Assembly: GCA_963737265.1 (NCBI GenBank)
Contig: CAVTRY010000007.1
Coordinates: 320,001 to 384,000, forward strand
Direction: 5' to 3'
Source: an uncultured delta proteobacterium
GTDB taxonomy: Bacteria; Myxococcota_A; Polyangia; Fen-1088
Length of the DNA: 64,000 bases
The first letter of the stretch is position 1, and the number at the start of each line of letters is the position of its first letter. A program made the translations under genes and the position numbers. The notes below the pieces were generated by a model that saw nothing but the letters and a program-made list of their open reading frames with translations, was not told the origin of the DNA and made no database searches. Shown here one piece after another: positions 61,418-64,000 of this stretch.

Positions 61418-61948
61418 ATGCCGGGGACATGGTTGTCCATCCGAGTCGAACTGGTGGAAGGTGGTGGGGCCACCTGCTGGCCCCGTCCGGGACGCGTCCT
61501 CGCGGCGGCAGAGTCGCACAGCTTCGCTGAATTGGCCGAGGCGATCGATGACGCCTTCGCGCGCTGGGACAGGAGCCACCTCCACGAATTCGTCCTGGCC
61601 GACGGCACTCGACTATCGGTCCCCGATCCCGATGACGACGAACCCGATTCGGTGCTCGACGACGAGCTCACGCTGTTGTCGCGGCTCGAGCGGGACGAGC
61701 AGTTCGTCTACACGTTCGATCTCGGCGACGACTGGGCCCATATCTGTACCGTCGGAGATAGTTGGATCGACCCGGTCGATGTGCTCGGCTTCGTGCCCGA
61801 GGCCCCACTGCCGTACTGGGGGTGGGGAAAGATCCCCGACCAGTACAGGCGGCGCTGGGAGAGCGACGACGGCGAGTCGCAGGCGCCACCCGACCCGCAT
61901 CTGACCGACCTCCCTCCGTTGCATCCGGGCTGGGGACCATCTGGTTGA
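61418..61948 (+). CDS. pRiA4b ORF-3-like protein
   Basis: AFARWDRSHLHEF, FVYTFDLGDDWAH. Confidence 0.65.
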   Translation: MPGTWLSIRVELVEGGGATCWPRPGRVLAAAESHSFAELAEAIDDAFARWDRSHLHEFVLADGTRLSVPDPDDDEPDSVLDDELTLLSRLERDEQFVYTFDLGDDWAHICTVGDSWIDPVDVLGFVPEAPLPYWGWGKIPDQYRRRWESDDGESQAPPDPHLTDLPPLHPGWGPSG

Positions 61949-62288
61949 GCCAAAACTTCGGGTTGATGCAAAAAGGCAATGCATCGGACAGTGCGCGAAG
62001 GTGAGCGGCCACGGCGCGTGGCTGGGAGTCGGAACCGCGTGTGACCGACGTGTCGTGGGCGCGTGGCTGGATTCCCTGGGTGCTGCCGAGCGGCCGGGCG
62101 TGCGGCCGGCCGGCGTGTGGCGGACACGTGGTGCGTATACCATCTGACCAGCGGATGTGGCCGTGCGCCGGGCGGTCCATGCTCGGGCCGGTGGCGCCGG
62201 TTTCTTTGAGTGGTAGCGGGGGTCGGGATCCATATGGGCATCGGTGGCGCGTTCGATGACAAGGGCACTTCGTTGAGCGCGAAGGCCA

Positions 62289-63851
62289 ATGCGTAGCGTG
62301 AAATTGCTCGGGTCTCGGCGCGGCGACAGGCGCAGCGCCAGGCACACACCGACGGCTCGCCGTCGTCCGGGGGCGATCGTGTTCGCCATATCGACCGCGT
62401 GCGTCCTTGCTGCGGGCACGGTCCTCGTCGACGCCAGCCCCAGTTCTGCCAAGGTTTCCGCCGCGACCAACAGCATCATCACGATCGCAGGACCGGCCGC
62501 GGGCCTGGGTTCACCCCAATCGGCGGCCTTCGACCCGCACGGCAACCTGATCGTCGCCGACGAGAACAACAACGTCATCAAGGTGGTGGCGGCCTCCAAG
62601 GGCACCTTCTACGGCCAGTCGATGGTGCCCGGCGGCGTCTACACCATCGTCAGTGGGCTTTCGGGCCCCAACGGTGTCGCCGTCGATCCGCAGGGCGACA
62701 TCGCCATCACCGACACCGGCGACAACGAAGTCATCTTCATCCCGCCCGTGGGCGGTAACTACTTCGGCAGCACGTTGAGTGCCGGCCAGATCTTCCCGGT
62801 GGCCGAAGGGGTCGCGACGAGCCCGAGCTCGATCACGAGCGTCGCTCCGTGGTATTCCGCCGGTCTCAACTCTCCCGATGGCATCGCCTTCGACGCCCGG
62901 GGAGACCTCGTGATAGCAGACACCTTCAACGACGTCGTCCGGTTCATGCCGCGAGCCGGGGGAGTGTTCTTCGGCCGCTCGATGTCGGCGGGGAACATCT
63001 ACACCATCGCAGGCGATACCGTGAACGGGTACTCGGGCGACGGCGGACCGGCCGACCTCGCGCAGCTGGCGATGGACAACTTCGACGGAATCGGCGTGGA
63101 CCCGAACGGGAACGTGGTGTTCTCCGACGTCGACAACATGGTGGTCCGTGTCGTGGCCAACGTCACCGGCTCCTTCCAGGGACGAGCCGTCACCGCCGGC
63201 GACATCTACACCATCGCGGGTGACACCAACGAAGGCTTCAAGGGTGACAAGAAGCCGGCCACCAAGGCATGGCTCGACACTCCCCAGGGCATTGCGGTCG
63301 ACGGTTCCGACAACGTCCTCATCAGCGACTCGAACAACAACAGGATCCGGGTCGTCGCCGGCGCCGCCGGCACCTATGACGGCATGCACGTCAAGATGGG
63401 CGACATCTACACCGTCCCCGGCACAGCCGGGTTGCTGAACGGATTAGGCGGGATAAGCCTCGGCCCCTCCAGTCAGATCGTGATCCCCGACGGCACGGAC
63501 AACGTCGTTCTCGAGCTCGCCGACGTTCCCCCCGTTCCCTCTGTCGCGGGCCTGAAGCCGGCCTTCGGCCCGATCTCGGGCGACCGCAAGGTGACTATCA
63601 CGGGAACCGGTTTGGCGGGCGCCAGGGAAGTCCTGTTCGGTTCGCGCCCCGCCACGAGCTTCGCGGTGAAGTCGAACAAGAAGATCATCGCCTTCTCGCC
63701 CGTCGGCACGCTCGGGACCGTGGTGGTGAGCGTGGTGGCCTCGACAGGCGCCGGCGGTGGCTACTACACCTACCAATTGAGCGCGGGGAAGACGAAGCAC
63801 GCCGCTGAGCGGCGGAGCGTTCCTGGTTGGTTCGCTACCTGCTCTGGATGA
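62289..63851 (+). CDS. Secreted NHL-repeat (beta-propeller) protein with C-terminal IPT/TIG domain
   Basis: Repeats of P-x-G-[IV]-A-[VF]-D-xxG-[ND]; GDIYTIAG; GPISGDRKVTITGTG. Confidence 0.82.
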   Translation: MRSVKLLGSRRGDRRSARHTPTARRRPGAIVFAISTACVLAAGTVLVDASPSSAKVSAATNSIITIAGPAAGLGSPQSAAFDPHGNLIVADENNNVIKVVAASKGTFYGQSMVPGGVYTIVSGLSGPNGVAVDPQGDIAITDTGDNEVIFIPPVGGNYFGSTLSAGQIFPVAEGVATSPSSITSVAPWYSAGLNSPDGIAFDARGDLVIADTFNDVVRFMPRAGGVFFGRSMSAGNIYTIAGDTVNGYSGDGGPADLAQLAMDNFDGIGVDPNGNVVFSDVDNMVVRVVANVTGSFQGRAVTAGDIYTIAGDTNEGFKGDKKPATKAWLDTPQGIAVDGSDNVLISDSNNNRIRVVAGAAGTYDGMHVKMGDIYTVPGTAGLLNGLGGISLGPSSQIVIPDGTDNVVLELADVPPVPSVAGLKPAFGPISGDRKVTITGTGLAGAREVLFGSRPATSFAVKSNKKIIAFSPVGTLGTVVVSVVASTGAGGGYYTYQLSAGKTKHAAERRSVPGWFATCSG

Positions 63852-64000
63852 ACTGCGGCAGCCACTGGGCAGTGGCGGCCAGAAGCTCGTCGGTCATCGC
63901 GACGACGTGCTCGTAGGGGAGCGATCCGGCCATGGGATCGGCGAGCATGGCTTGGAGCGCGGTCGTCGGATTTCCTGACAGAGCGGCGTCCACCGTCAGC
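63835..64000 (-). CDS. 3' end of a probable GH4 glycosidase (partial)
   Basis: LTVDAALSGNPTTALQAMLADP...MTDELLAATAQWLPQF. Confidence 0.65.
   Translation of the reverse strand, partial: LTVDAALSGNPTTALQAMLADPMAGSLPYEHVVAMTDELLAATAQWLPQFIQSR

Overview
The window appears to join two unrelated DNAs near 31,036. Part A (1 to about 31.0 kb) looks myxobacterial (Polyangia-like; inferred from gene content). It holds the hcp 3' end, a sahR-metH operon whose last 731 bp are duplicated around a Fic module, a Ser/Thr kinase-ATPase, maf-yggS-deaminase, iscS-thiI and serA. It also holds a complete 4,036-bp IS1-family cargo transposon (19-bp TIRs, 8-bp TSD; cargo is a small basic protein, a P63C protein and an MTase-nuclease fusion), then ycbK, a sensor kinase, ugd, and about 7 kb of toxin-antitoxin, glycosidase and glycosyltransferase remnants. 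Part B (about 31.0-64 kb) is a very GC-rich actinobacterial (Acidimicrobiia-like) segment with many single-base indel errors. It carries ilvD, ilvB-ilvN-ilvC, tldD/tldE, serC, aspC, serA, an ECF sigma/anti-sigma pair, leuA, mscL, leuCD, greA, leuB-ilvE-cimA and further enzymes. Best leads: the cargo IS1 element with a shared basic motif and operator-like repeats; the metH 3'-end replacement with a Fic pair; three amino-acid-specific leader-peptide attenuators, including an intact Ile-rich leader in front of leuB-ilvE-cimA, each followed by a T-poor spacer; and a symmetric bidirectional leaderless promoter. All calls are from reading motifs by eye, with no database searches. Coordinates of frameshifted genes are approximate.
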